Source: Trypanosoma brucei (taxonomy: Eukaryota). From it: a stretch of 64,000 bases of DNA. A program made the translations under genes and the position numbers. The stretch lies in NCBI GenBank assembly GCA_000002445.1, contig CH464491.1, positions 2,784,001 to 2,848,000 of the forward strand. The letters run 5' to 3'. Of the stretch, positions 30,640 to 40,356 are shown one piece after another. The notes beneath the pieces were generated by a model, which saw only the letters and a list, made by a program, of their open reading frames with translations, did not search any database and was not told the origin of the DNA. Position 1 is the stretch's first letter. Each line of letters opens with the position of its first letter.

Positions 30640-33600
30640 ATGTCAAGTTCGCGAAAACGCCCCCGCGAGAGTGGTGTTGGTGATTTACACATCACTGTCG
30701 AGGCCCAACAAGCAGACGGTATTCCCCCCACAGCTTGTGCCCGACATCTTTCGTTGCTTTTGCAGCAGCGTCAACAGCAGCGGCTGCGACTTGCCGCGGC
30801 CCCTCTTTCTTTCAGCTATGCACCCGTCACTGTCCTTTCGCCATGGCAGCGGGTGACTCTGTCCTCTTTCCAGCGTCTGCACGGCAGTGAACAGGATGAA
30901 CGTCACGCCGTCGGCCTCCGCCGCGCGCTCCAGCGGGATCTCGGGCGATACATGGAGGACACGAAACGCCGTGAAGAGCGCATTCGAGCGGAGCAACGGG
31001 AGGCACGTGCAAGGCTTGGGGCTAGACTCTCCACCGCTGTGGGGAAATTGTGGTCGAGGCGTGGGGACATTTTCCAGCAGCTCCTGGCGGTCGAGTTTGA
31101 CGAGGTGAAACAACGTCGGGCGGAGCAACGGCAGGAAGATCTGTTGCGGGAAGCTGAAAACCTCACTCGCACGCTCTTGGAAAGCATCTTTTCCGATGTG
31201 AAGTGTAACGATAAAGATGATGGGGGGAGAGGTGGGAACATCAGTGAAAATGTGGTTGCACTTCTGGAGGGCGGGGATGAAACAAATATAAGCTGTGGTG
31301 CACAGCTGGAGACCTCACTGTCATTACTCGATACTCAAGGGGGCAGCAGGCAGCTGCGTGACTATCAGCGCTCCGCTCTCCGTTGGATGACAAACCTGTA
31401 CAGCAGGGGGCTGAACGGTATTTTAGCTGATGAAATGGGGCTTGGGAAAACTATTCAGACAATTGCATTGCTTGCTTACTATGCTGAGTACAAGAACGAC
31501 TGGGGACCTCACCTTATTGTCGTCCCCACAACGGTTGTGTTAAACTGGAAGGCGGAATTCCAGCGCTGGTGTCCGGGTCTTCAGGTCATTGTATATATGG
31601 GCTCAAAAAAAGAACGACATCGGGTGCGACAGGGGTGGATGCAGGAGGATGCATTTAATATTTGCATTACCTCGTACAACCAGGTGGTGAAAGACCGAGT
31701 GGTCTTTCGCCGGCGCCCATGGGGATTCCTCGTCCTTGATGAGGCGCATCAAGTTAAGAACTTTATGAGCAAAAAATGGCAATCTCTCTTTGACCTTCAG
31801 GTCGAATATCGGCTGCTGCTGACCGGCACGCCTCTACAAAACTCTATAATGGAGCTTTGGTCTCTTTTTCACCTGCTCCTTCCGTCCGCATCGGCGTTTA
31901 GCTCCGATCAGGAGTTTCGCGAGTGGTTCAGTAATCCCATGGAGGAAATGGTCACGGGGCGCGCCGCCCTCAACGAAGGTATCGTGCGTCGGCTGCAGGC
32001 TTTGCTTCGACCTTTCATGCTTCGACGACTGAAAAAGGACGTGGAGGCACAGCTACCCTCCAAGACGGAGAAGGTCGTCATGTGCCGACTATCACGGCGA
32101 CAGCGAATGCTCTACGATGATTATATGCAGCTGGCAGAAACGCGTGAGCGAATTAGCGGTGGGGCGCGCGGCGTATTGGGAGTTTTATTGGCACTCCGTA
32201 AGGTCTGCAATCACCCAGATATGTTTGAGGAGCGGCGAACCGTTACGCCAATGGCCTTAGACCATCAAAGTGAGATTGTGATTGAAGTCCCACGAGATGT
32301 CTTGCTTCGTGGAAATAACTACAGCGGCTGTTACAGGTTTCAGAAGTGGAGGTTATGCATCGACGATGTATCCCTCCCTTCCCAAAGAGGAGAACCGCAT
32401 GACGTGGCACGTGTGGAGGACGGCACCTTATTCGACGATTCCTGGTTACATTGCACCAAGTTGTATGTACTGACAGTAGATCATTGGTGGAGGATGCAAG
32501 AACAGGAAATCAGTCGGTACATCGCCAGATACTCGACTGATAACTTCCATTGGCCATCTGATGTGCCCCGGATCCCGCCAGGGAACGAAGGGTTGAGTGA
32601 AGACATCATGTCGGTGATACAGAACTACGTAGAGGAAGAAATGATGACGACGGACCAACGCCGACGTATGACAACTACCATACAGGTAGAGCGGTATCAT
32701 AGAATGAGTGCTTCAGTGTGTGTAGGGTACCCAAATTGTCTTCACATTGCTCTCCCATTCCAGGAACAAGAGGATGTGCGATGGGGCGAAGGGAAATGTT
32801 GCGCTTTGTCGCACTTACCAAGGGGATTGAGGCCGACGTTGAGACAACGCGTCAACGCTGTTCTCCCCATAGCGTTTAAGGTTGCTGTCTACGTACCAGC
32901 CGCGGTAGCCGCTCGACCTCCGCGGTTGCACTGTCGTCTACCGGTGGCCCATTATCAGTCATTCCGCGCACACTGCCGAAGGAGCCTTGCTCCGTTGCTT
33001 GCCATAGCTTTACCTCCACCAGCTTCGCAATTTTCTCGTAAGACGAGTAATCGCGCAAACTTATTTGATGCTTCGCCCTTTCTTTACGAGCTTTGGCCAC
33101 TCTACGTCCGTCGTTGCTTCAGCTTCCCAGACAGGCATCTGCTTATTCACGACTGTGGCAAACTGCAGTTCTTGAAACACTGCCTCAAGCAGCTGAGGCG
33201 GGAGGGGCATCGTATGCTTATATTCACACAGTTTGTTCACATGCTCAACATACTGGAACGCTTTTTAGCCCTTATCGGTTTGCCATACCTGCGTATTGAT
33301 GGTAGCACGCAGCCGGAGCGGCGCCAGGCATACGTCGACTGGTTCAATGAAGATGAACGCATTACGTGCATGATTTTGTCCACCCGCTCGGGCGGCATCG
33401 GACTCAACCTGACAGGAGCGGATACGGTGATTTTCTACGACAGCGACTGGAACCCTACAATGGATCTCCAAGCGCAGGACCGTTGCCACCGCATAGGACA
33501 AACAAAGCCGGTGACAATATATCGGCTTATCAGTGAGCATACCGTGGAAGAGAGTATTTTGCAAAAGGCACGCGAGCGGAAGAAACTCAACAATGTGGTC

Positions 33601-34275
33601 ATCCGTGGAGGGCAGTTCCATGCCATGGCAAACGTGGATGACGTCTATGAAGACACTAGTGCAGCCTTAGCTGCACTGTCGAATCCCGTGCAGTTGCGAA
33701 GCTTTTTCCACGATTTGGATGAAGACGCCACTGTCGTGGCGGACGACCCTCTTCCAGGCAACGGACACCAGGACAACGGTGGACGCTGTGACATTAAGGA
33801 AGGTAGCGGAACAGAAAACAACGAAGCAGTGGACATCCGTGTGGAAATGATGAGACTGGAGGATCAAGAGGATCGCGAGGCACAGCAGAATGTGGAGGAG
33901 GAACTGCGCAAGCTTGAGGAGCAGAAGCGGAACGATGAAGAGGAACTTGGTGATGAAGATAAAGATGAGGAGGATGAGGATGAGGACGGGCACCCACAGC
34001 AAAGGAGAGGCGAAGGAAGAGAGGAAGGGGAAATGATGGCAGACCCGATGGTTGCCGTCAGCCTCATGTCGGGACGCGGATCGCCCGCTGTGCTCCAGAA
34101 ACGACGTGACATATTGAGGCGTCAGCGGACTCCCCTCGACCAATTGCTGTCGCTGCAGTACGCTGTTTGCCACAACGTCGAAGCGCGACGGCGTTACGCT
34201 GGGTTGTGTGAAAGTTACGCACGGCAAGTAGGTGAAGATGAGTTGCCTCTATTTACGGAAACATTTAACTCGTAA
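30640..34275 (+). CDS. SNF2-family chromatin remodeling ATPase with a split ATPase domain (SWR1/INO80-type).
   Basis: Motif I is LADEMGLGKTIQTIALLAY and motif II is LVLDEAHQVKN, followed by LLLTGTPLQNSIMELWSLFHLLLP. The helicase-C region carries GLNLTGADTVIFYDSDWNPTMDLQAQDRCHRIGQTKPVTIYRLI. About 300 aa are inserted between the two RecA lobes (nt ~32230-33160). The tail is acidic and Glu/Asp-rich. Confidence 0.9.
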   Translation: MSSSRKRPRESGVGDLHITVEAQQADGIPPTACARHLSLLLQQRQQQRLRLAAAPLSFSYAPVTVLSPWQRVTLSSFQRLHGSEQDERHAVGLRRALQRDLGRYMEDTKRREERIRAEQREARARLGARLSTAVGKLWSRRGDIFQQLLAVEFDEVKQRRAEQRQEDLLREAENLTRTLLESIFSDVKCNDKDDGGRGGNISENVVALLEGGDETNISCGAQLETSLSLLDTQGGSRQLRDYQRSALRWMTNLYSRGLNGILADEMGLGKTIQTIALLAYYAEYKNDWGPHLIVVPTTVVLNWKAEFQRWCPGLQVIVYMGSKKERHRVRQGWMQEDAFNICITSYNQVVKDRVVFRRRPWGFLVLDEAHQVKNFMSKKWQSLFDLQVEYRLLLTGTPLQNSIMELWSLFHLLLPSASAFSSDQEFREWFSNPMEEMVTGRAALNEGIVRRLQALLRPFMLRRLKKDVEAQLPSKTEKVVMCRLSRRQRMLYDDYMQLAETRERISGGARGVLGVLLALRKVCNHPDMFEERRTVTPMALDHQSEIVIEVPRDVLLRGNNYSGCYRFQKWRLCIDDVSLPSQRGEPHDVARVEDGTLFDDSWLHCTKLYVLTVDHWWRMQEQEISRYIARYSTDNFHWPSDVPRIPPGNEGLSEDIMSVIQNYVEEEMMTTDQRRRMTTTIQVERYHRMSASVCVGYPNCLHIALPFQEQEDVRWGEGKCCALSHLPRGLRPTLRQRVNAVLPIAFKVAVYVPAAVAARPPRLHCRLPVAHYQSFRAHCRRSLAPLLAIALPPPASQFSRKTSNRANLFDASPFLYELWPLYVRRCFSFPDRHLLIHDCGKLQFLKHCLKQLRREGHRMLIFTQFVHMLNILERFLALIGLPYLRIDGSTQPERRQAYVDWFNEDERITCMILSTRSGGIGLNLTGADTVIFYDSDWNPTMDLQAQDRCHRIGQTKPVTIYRLISEHTVEESILQKARERKKLNNVVIRGGQFHAMANVDDVYEDTSAALAALSNPVQLRSFFHDLDEDATVVADDPLPGNGHQDNGGRCDIKEGSGTENNEAVDIRVEMMRLEDQEDREAQQNVEEELRKLEEQKRNDEEELGDEDKDEEDEDEDGHPQQRRGEGREEGEMMADPMVAVSLMSGRGSPAVLQKRRDILRRQRTPLDQLLSLQYAVCHNVEARRRYAGLCESYARQVGEDELPLFTETFNS

Positions 34276-35062
34276 TTCCAGCGAAGGAAAAAGGAGAGTG
34301 CCCGAAGAGGGGTGTGAGGTTCCGAGGGCACGGTCTTGCGATGCCTTGTGCTCCTCCCGCTCGTCGTTTTGTATGTTTTTACAGGTACCCAGCTTATTTT
34401 GCCATGAACGTTCATCGGGACGAACAAAACGGCGGGTTGGCGCATGCACCGGAGAGTTTGTCGGTTGTAGGTCATCGATCCAAGAAGCCGGAGCTGGAAA
34501 TGATTTCGGAATACCCGAGGGCGCACGTAATGAGACGTGACCCCGAGGTATGCGTTCCGGGCGGCGTTTTTAGCGGGCCTCGGCGCTACAACTCACTTTT
34601 GTCTTCGGTCCTGGATCCGTTGTGCGCTGCAACACGGACCCTATCAATGTCCGCCTGTCCTCCTGTATTTGCACTGCTTCACCCTGTATCGCAAGTCGTG
34701 GCCGTTTAATAATGAAGTGCCATACCGCGACGCATTTCGTTGAGTGTGGCTTGGCCCTGGAGCCCGCTTGACTTACAGTGTGGCTCCTTCTGTTTTTTGG
34801 GGACAAAAACGTAAAAATCCCACCTCCCCCCCCCTCATGGTTCTGTTGTACCCGAATTTAAGACGCGTTTGCACGTGTGAAGAACGTATGTGTGACGGTT
34901 TTCCGAATAAAGGTCTCTCTATCCCCCCTTCTCCTTTTGTAACCACTGTTCCGGTTGTTCCCCTGTATGCACGGTAGTGAGGGAAACGTGAACCGGTGCA
35001 CTGGTGAGTCGTGCATTAGTAAGAAAGGGAACCATAGTAGCAGCGCAGGCATATAGATTGAA

Positions 35063-35719
35063 ATGGAAGTGGCATTCACCATTTCGCCGGGAGAACGGCA
35101 ACATGTGGAATATCTTGCAGACCTATTTGCAATTATTCTCGCGATTGAGAAAGTGGAGAAGGCCACGTTACGCGATATCATTACGCAAGAACAATACAGT
35201 TCTACCATTACACGGTTGTTAGACAAGTACAAGTCTACTGTTACCTACCTCGAACAAAGTCGCAATCCGTTCTACTCCACTATTGACTCGTTTTGGGAGA
35301 ACTACGGTTCTAGGTGTCCCGCTGCCCGCACGCGCATTCAGCTTTCGTTTGATGACGCCAAGCAACAACAACAACAGCAGCAAGACAGTGATGTTAATGG
35401 TACTGTGGATCCTAGGCTAGTGCTAGAGTGTGGTCAGCACTTCATTACACTAATGGATTCGCTAAAACTACAACAAACGGCGGTTGATCAGTTGTACACG
35501 TTACTTGCAGACCTTGTGCGTGGCTTGCAGCGGCTTGGTGTCACAGATCAGAGCTTCTTTCACCGTCTTACGACGTGGAAAGAAAAGTTTGATACCATGA
35601 ATGCCTCAGACGAACTGAGTGAACGGGACACACGCGAGTTTGCGTTTGTTTTGGAGTGTGGCTACCAGGCCTTCCACGCGTACCTTAGCGAGTCATCTGC
35701 GCGACGGCCAAAGGCGTAA
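35063..35719 (+). CDS. VPS28: ESCRT-I subunit VPS28.
   Basis: The N-domain LADLFAIILAIEKVEKATLRDIITQEQYSSTITRLLDKYK matches VPS28 [40 protein letters not shown]. The C-domain FDTMNASDELSERDTREFAFVLECGYQAFHAYL matches LSGMSASDELDDSQVRQMLFDLESAYNAFNRFL. Confidence 0.85.
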   Translation: MEVAFTISPGERQHVEYLADLFAIILAIEKVEKATLRDIITQEQYSSTITRLLDKYKSTVTYLEQSRNPFYSTIDSFWENYGSRCPAARTRIQLSFDDAKQQQQQQQDSDVNGTVDPRLVLECGQHFITLMDSLKLQQTAVDQLYTLLADLVRGLQRLGVTDQSFFHRLTTWKEKFDTMNASDELSERDTREFAFVLECGYQAFHAYLSESSARRPKA

Positions 35720-35987
35720 CGCATCTAATGGGCTGTGAAAGCATTAGGTAGAATTAGTCAAGGAGGAAATTGCTGAAGCCTAAGTTGGAGGATTGGAGGT
35801 TTCCTTTACAGACTTGGGCGTTACACTTGAGGTGTGGAGTTAGCACAGATTCATTGATATCGTTCTCTTCTTTCGATGCACAAGCGTCGTTGCCGTCAAG
35901 TAAGAAAATAAATCATCCTGGCACTTTTGGTACTCCACTCGTTTTTTTTGTTAAGTCCACAAAGAAAGTAGAAAGGGCGACCATTGC

Positions 35988-37733
35988 ATGTCACGCTACA
36001 TCCCACCACACCGAAAACGCGCCAGTGAAGTTGAGAGCGGCAATAGTAAAGGCCCTGGAGATGAGACCGTCCAGCACGAGGCCTGGCGGGCACTAGGCCG
36101 CAGCATCACAGGTATTGTGAACAGAGTGAGCGGTGAAAATGTTGAATTATCGGCAACAGAGCTGTTCCGTGAAAATATAATTCGCGGTCGCGGGCTGCTC
36201 TGTCGTAGTCTTATGCGGGCGCAGTTGGTCAACCCTGACATAACAAACGTGCTTGCAGCACTTGTAAGTCGCGTGAACAAAGAGGTCTCCACTGTCGGGG
36301 CCCTACTATGCAAGCGGCTCGTGGTACAGTGGCGGCGGCTACATCGGCGAAAAGACTGGGAAGGCTTGCGATGCGTAAGTCGTTTCATTGGGTGGTTGTA
36401 CGTGTTCAATATAGTAAACGTGGAGGTCGTCTATCAAATCATGCTCACACACCTTACGGCGGAGCCGCGTACTGACGATGACGTTGACCAAGCGGCCTCA
36501 TTGTTCCGTGAGACGTTCCGCTCCATGTCACAGCGTGCTGTCTCCGAATTCCACATGCACGTGCTGACGCCTATCCGTGACCTACTTGCAATGGACAACG
36601 ACGAGTGGCGGCTCTCAGCGCGTGCCCAAACACTACTAGAGGGATGTTTACACGAAGTACAGCAGTGGGAGCGCGTGAAACATTCGATGAGTATAATCCC
36701 GGAGCACCTCCTTTTAGTGGATCCCACAGGACAGAACTGCCACGAGGTGGACTTGGAGGAAGTGACGGAAGCAGAAACAGAGGAAAAACTTGACCGCTTC
36801 GTCTACGACTCGGAGTATGAAGCCCACGAAGAAGCTTATGAGAAGGTGCGTTGCGCAATTCTGGGCGATAACTGGGAGGCGGAGTTGTTGGAGGGGATCG
36901 TTGCCGCAGAAGATGCTGATGAAGAGGAAGAGGAGGGGGAGGGAGCGGAAGAACAAGGGGAGACGCAAGGCGGTGTTGACCCATCTAAACAACTTATTGA
37001 TGAGCGGGAGCGGCAAATTCGCAGGGAGGTGTACATGGCGATGCGTAGTAGCGTTCGGGCGGACGAAGTGGTGCACAAGATACTGAAGTCCATTCAACCG
37101 GATGCGGAACGTACCGTGTGCTTTATGGTGATAGAAGGCTCTTCTGAGGAGACCTCCTACAGGAAGATATACGGTATGGTAGCAGAACGACTGTGTAAAA
37201 GCAACACGAAGTTTCAAGGATATTTTGCAGAGGCGTTCCGTCTGCGGTACACGCGTGCCGAGGATCTAGAGGAAAAACAGATCGAGTACACATGCAAAAT
37301 TTATGTCCACTTACTCAGGACGGATTCACTCCCATGGCACAAGTGTCTTTCCGTACTTGATATTGTTGAAAACAACATGTCACAGCGTCTAGTCATTCAG
37401 TGGCTTCTACAGGGGCTTGCAGAGGCAATGGGAATGCGTGCACTCATAAAGAGGTTTGAAGACGACAAGGAATTGAGAATCAGCACACACAAACTCTTTC
37501 CCATAGACTCAAACACTTCCGAAGAGGAACTGGAGCGGGCGGTTAATATGTTTGAGGCAATGGGGTTGGGTGACTTGGGAAGTAAAACAAGAGGACGGCT
37601 GGAAGAGATCCGCGCCGCAAGACGAGCGAACAGCAGTCACCATTACTACGGGGCTTCGGGTGATCCTAGTTATTGTGACAATCAAAAGAAACCCAGCAAG
37701 CGACTTCGCGATGGCGCACTGGAGTACGCGTGA
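35988..37733 (+). CDS. MIF4G + MA3 domain protein, CWC22/NOM1-like.
   Basis: ELFRENIIRGRGLLCRSLMRAQ resembles the start of the CWC22 MIF4G domain. The C-terminal MA3-like block is ERTVCFMVIEGSSEETSYRKIYGMVAERLCK...YTCKIYVHLL. Acidic linker (DADEEEEEGEGAEEQGE). Confidence 0.6.
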   Translation: MSRYIPPHRKRASEVESGNSKGPGDETVQHEAWRALGRSITGIVNRVSGENVELSATELFRENIIRGRGLLCRSLMRAQLVNPDITNVLAALVSRVNKEVSTVGALLCKRLVVQWRRLHRRKDWEGLRCVSRFIGWLYVFNIVNVEVVYQIMLTHLTAEPRTDDDVDQAASLFRETFRSMSQRAVSEFHMHVLTPIRDLLAMDNDEWRLSARAQTLLEGCLHEVQQWERVKHSMSIIPEHLLLVDPTGQNCHEVDLEEVTEAETEEKLDRFVYDSEYEAHEEAYEKVRCAILGDNWEAELLEGIVAAEDADEEEEEGEGAEEQGETQGGVDPSKQLIDERERQIRREVYMAMRSSVRADEVVHKILKSIQPDAERTVCFMVIEGSSEETSYRKIYGMVAERLCKSNTKFQGYFAEAFRLRYTRAEDLEEKQIEYTCKIYVHLLRTDSLPWHKCLSVLDIVENNMSQRLVIQWLLQGLAEAMGMRALIKRFEDDKELRISTHKLFPIDSNTSEEELERAVNMFEAMGLGDLGSKTRGRLEEIRAARRANSSHHYYGASGDPSYCDNQKKPSKRLRDGALEYA

Positions 37734-38308
37734 GTGAGAATCTGTCATGACTTGTGGAGGCCAACTTTCGTATGTGGAAAAGAGGCAACTTTTTATTTTT
37801 CCAACAGTACTGCATTAACGTGCAGTGTTGTCTAAAACCGTAAGGGTTTCGGATGGACCCTTTTCCCTTCGAGTTAAAGGTTAGGGATAAGGAAATTCCC
37901 CATAGGATGATACCGCGCACTCATGCAGCGTTCGTTTACTTTGGTGTAACTTGTTGTGGAGAGCACTGGCGTTGTTTCTTGTGTTGTTGTTTGCGCTGTT
38001 TGACGGGCTCTTGATCACTAGGCAAAAACAATTTTTTTTTCTTAACTGTACTTCTGTCTGTTGTAAGACGAATAAATTTTAGATATTTGAATTTCCTGAA
38101 ATAATATATTACGGGTAGTTTAGAAAAGGCAAACTTACAAAAAGAAAATAAAGAGAGGAAAACAACACTATTAGACAGCACCGTACCAGTTACATACGCC
38201 TAAATATTTTATTTGGTAAACACATATTTAGAAGAAAAGAAAGTGTGTTTCGGAAAGGAAAGAAATTTGTCAAGGGGAAAGTCAAAGTCATAATAGTAAC
38301 CTATTGAA

Positions 38309-40162
38309 ATGCAAGCCGACACATTTGCTTATGCGCGTGTGGTCGTGCGAGTTCGGCCCTTCACCGACGAAGAGGCGAAGGTCTGTCCTGAGGACAGTCC
38401 CGTTCCGCGGGAAATTGTTGTTTGGGATGGAAACAGGACCTTAACAGTTCTCGATGCTACCAACGAGTTTCTACCACGCAAAAACGGAAAGTTTGAAGTG
38501 CAAAAAGTGATGTGGTCTTTTGTGGACGACTACCAACCAAGCGCGGTGGTACATAAACAAAAGGATGTTTACGACGCAATTATGAAACCTGCTATTGGGC
38601 GTATCCTAGACGGGCAAAACACCGCGTTTTGTGTAATGGGAGGGGCGGGGAGCGGGCGTGTGTATTCTCTCTACGGCAATAGCGTCGATGGATTAGAGGG
38701 CGGCATTCTTCCACGCTTTACTGACGAAATATTGGCCGCCTTCAAGCGCGAAAAGCGGGAGGACAGCACTGTCAAGTGCCAAGTTGAGGCAATTGATGTG
38801 TCCAACGAGACCTATGTGGATCTGCTTTCGCCAAAGCGTAAACCCGGGGCTAACGCTCAACAGGAGTACAAACTCGTACTTGATCCAGTGGAGGGTACCA
38901 AACTTCAGGGGGTGACGCGCGTTGATGTGCAAAAACCGGCCGACATGCTAAACATAGTGAGGCAGCTGTCGCAAGTGGTGCCCAAGCGTAACTCCTGTCA
39001 CACTGTCACTCTACGCATTGTTGAGTCCTTTCAGTTCACTGATCCCGAGCAAGGTCAGGCAGTCACAATGTCACGTCGCGTAAACGTTCTTTTTGCCCTT
39101 TTGCGGAACATGCCGCTCGGTTTCCAGCGCTGCGTTGACATTGCTGTGGAGCGTGACAGTGGTGAGAACCCTTTGGGGAAGGTGCCAACACGCGACACGG
39201 CTTTTACGAAGCTCTTCCCTGACTTACTGCAGCACGGCTACCACTTGAATTTCCTTTGCTGCGTCAGCCCCTTCTATGAGCATGTCCGTGAGACGATGCA
39301 GACGCTTACAGTAGCAACGAAGTTATCGAAACTGAAATGCAGCCCGAAGCGCTCACAAGATGAGGCACTGGTTCAACTGCGAACACTGGCTGCAGAGGTA
39401 AAGAATCTTAAGTCCGAGATGGTAAAGCAATCAGAGTCCACGAAGATTGTACAAAATGAACTCAATGCACGTGAATTGGCGTTGATGAAGCAGGAAGCCG
39501 CCCACCATGAATGCCGGAACAAGTTGTTGGCATCTTCAGAGAGATTGAGCATAGCAAGGACAGCGTTCAAGTTGAATGTGATCCGCACGGCAGTGCATCG
39601 CAAGAAGTTCCAAGATTCGGTGAGCAAGTTAAGGCGGGCTTTGGCGGATGTGGAGGTGGAAAAGGACAAAGCGGACGCCAATATGGTTGCGGCATCCCGT
39701 GAGACGGGGGAAATTGAAAAGAGGATACTGCACACAAATAGGCAAATCAAAACTCAGGAAGAAGTTAATGCTGTGTGCGAGGAAAAGGTTCAGAAGCGGG
39801 TTGATGGCGAAACGAAGTTGAAGAAGATCCTCGCATTCTTGAATGCATCTCCCGAGGAGAGGTTGCGCCTAATCGAGATGGACGTGGAGGCCAAAGAGCA
39901 AGGGCGGGCTGAAGAGGAGCAGCTGGAAAAGGAAATGGCAAAGATCACAAAGGAACTTGAGGAAATGGAGGCACGTTGCCGGGCTATCGAAAAGGAATTC
40001 GAATCGGTGCATCAAAAGGAGGGGGTAACCCGTGAGAAGGTGGACCTAAAGGCGAGACTCAGCAGTATGGAAAAGGATATCGCGGGAAAGGAAGAAGAAA
40101 ACAGGCAGCTGAGGATTCAGGCCGAGACTAAGTCTTCAGGATGCCAGTGTGTTACCATGTAA
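38309..40162 (+). CDS. Kinesin-like protein with divergent motor domain and C-terminal coiled coil.
   Basis: The kinesin-type N-terminus is ARVVVRVRPFTDEE. The P-loop position reads MGGAGSGRVYSLYG instead of GQTGSGKT. The motor end is LNFLCCVSPFYEHVRETMQTLTVATKLSKLK (compare ISPxxxNxEETLSTLRYAxRAK), followed by about 270 aa of coiled coil. Confidence 0.7.
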   Translation: MQADTFAYARVVVRVRPFTDEEAKVCPEDSPVPREIVVWDGNRTLTVLDATNEFLPRKNGKFEVQKVMWSFVDDYQPSAVVHKQKDVYDAIMKPAIGRILDGQNTAFCVMGGAGSGRVYSLYGNSVDGLEGGILPRFTDEILAAFKREKREDSTVKCQVEAIDVSNETYVDLLSPKRKPGANAQQEYKLVLDPVEGTKLQGVTRVDVQKPADMLNIVRQLSQVVPKRNSCHTVTLRIVESFQFTDPEQGQAVTMSRRVNVLFALLRNMPLGFQRCVDIAVERDSGENPLGKVPTRDTAFTKLFPDLLQHGYHLNFLCCVSPFYEHVRETMQTLTVATKLSKLKCSPKRSQDEALVQLRTLAAEVKNLKSEMVKQSESTKIVQNELNARELALMKQEAAHHECRNKLLASSERLSIARTAFKLNVIRTAVHRKKFQDSVSKLRRALADVEVEKDKADANMVAASRETGEIEKRILHTNRQIKTQEEVNAVCEEKVQKRVDGETKLKKILAFLNASPEERLRLIEMDVEAKEQGRAEEEQLEKEMAKITKELEEMEARCRAIEKEFESVHQKEGVTREKVDLKARLSSMEKDIAGKEEENRQLRIQAETKSSGCQCVTM

Positions 40163-40313
40163 GCGCGTAGACGTTTGCTGTACTCCTCCATACCGTTTCC
40201 ATGGTGCATCGTTCAAACGTCCAAGCCAGAATCCGTTAATACACCCCGCGGTTTGCGGGTGACATACTGCGCGTGGGTCCACATGATATACCCACCTGCT
40301 TTTGTAATTATAT

Positions 40314-40315
<2 letters not shown>

Positions 40316-40353
<38 letters not shown>
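40316..40353. repeat. (GT)19 dinucleotide microsatellite.
   Basis: An uninterrupted gtgtgt... run directly downstream of the kinesin-like stop. Confidence 0.95.

Positions 40354-40356
<3 letters not shown>

Noticed and set aside
36571-37217. Pro/Leu-rich minus-strand ORFs opposite the CWC22-like gene.
   Set aside because: They are antisense to the acidic GAA/GAG-rich linker, whose reverse complement gives CTC/TTC and so Leu/Pro/Phe strings. This is an artefact.
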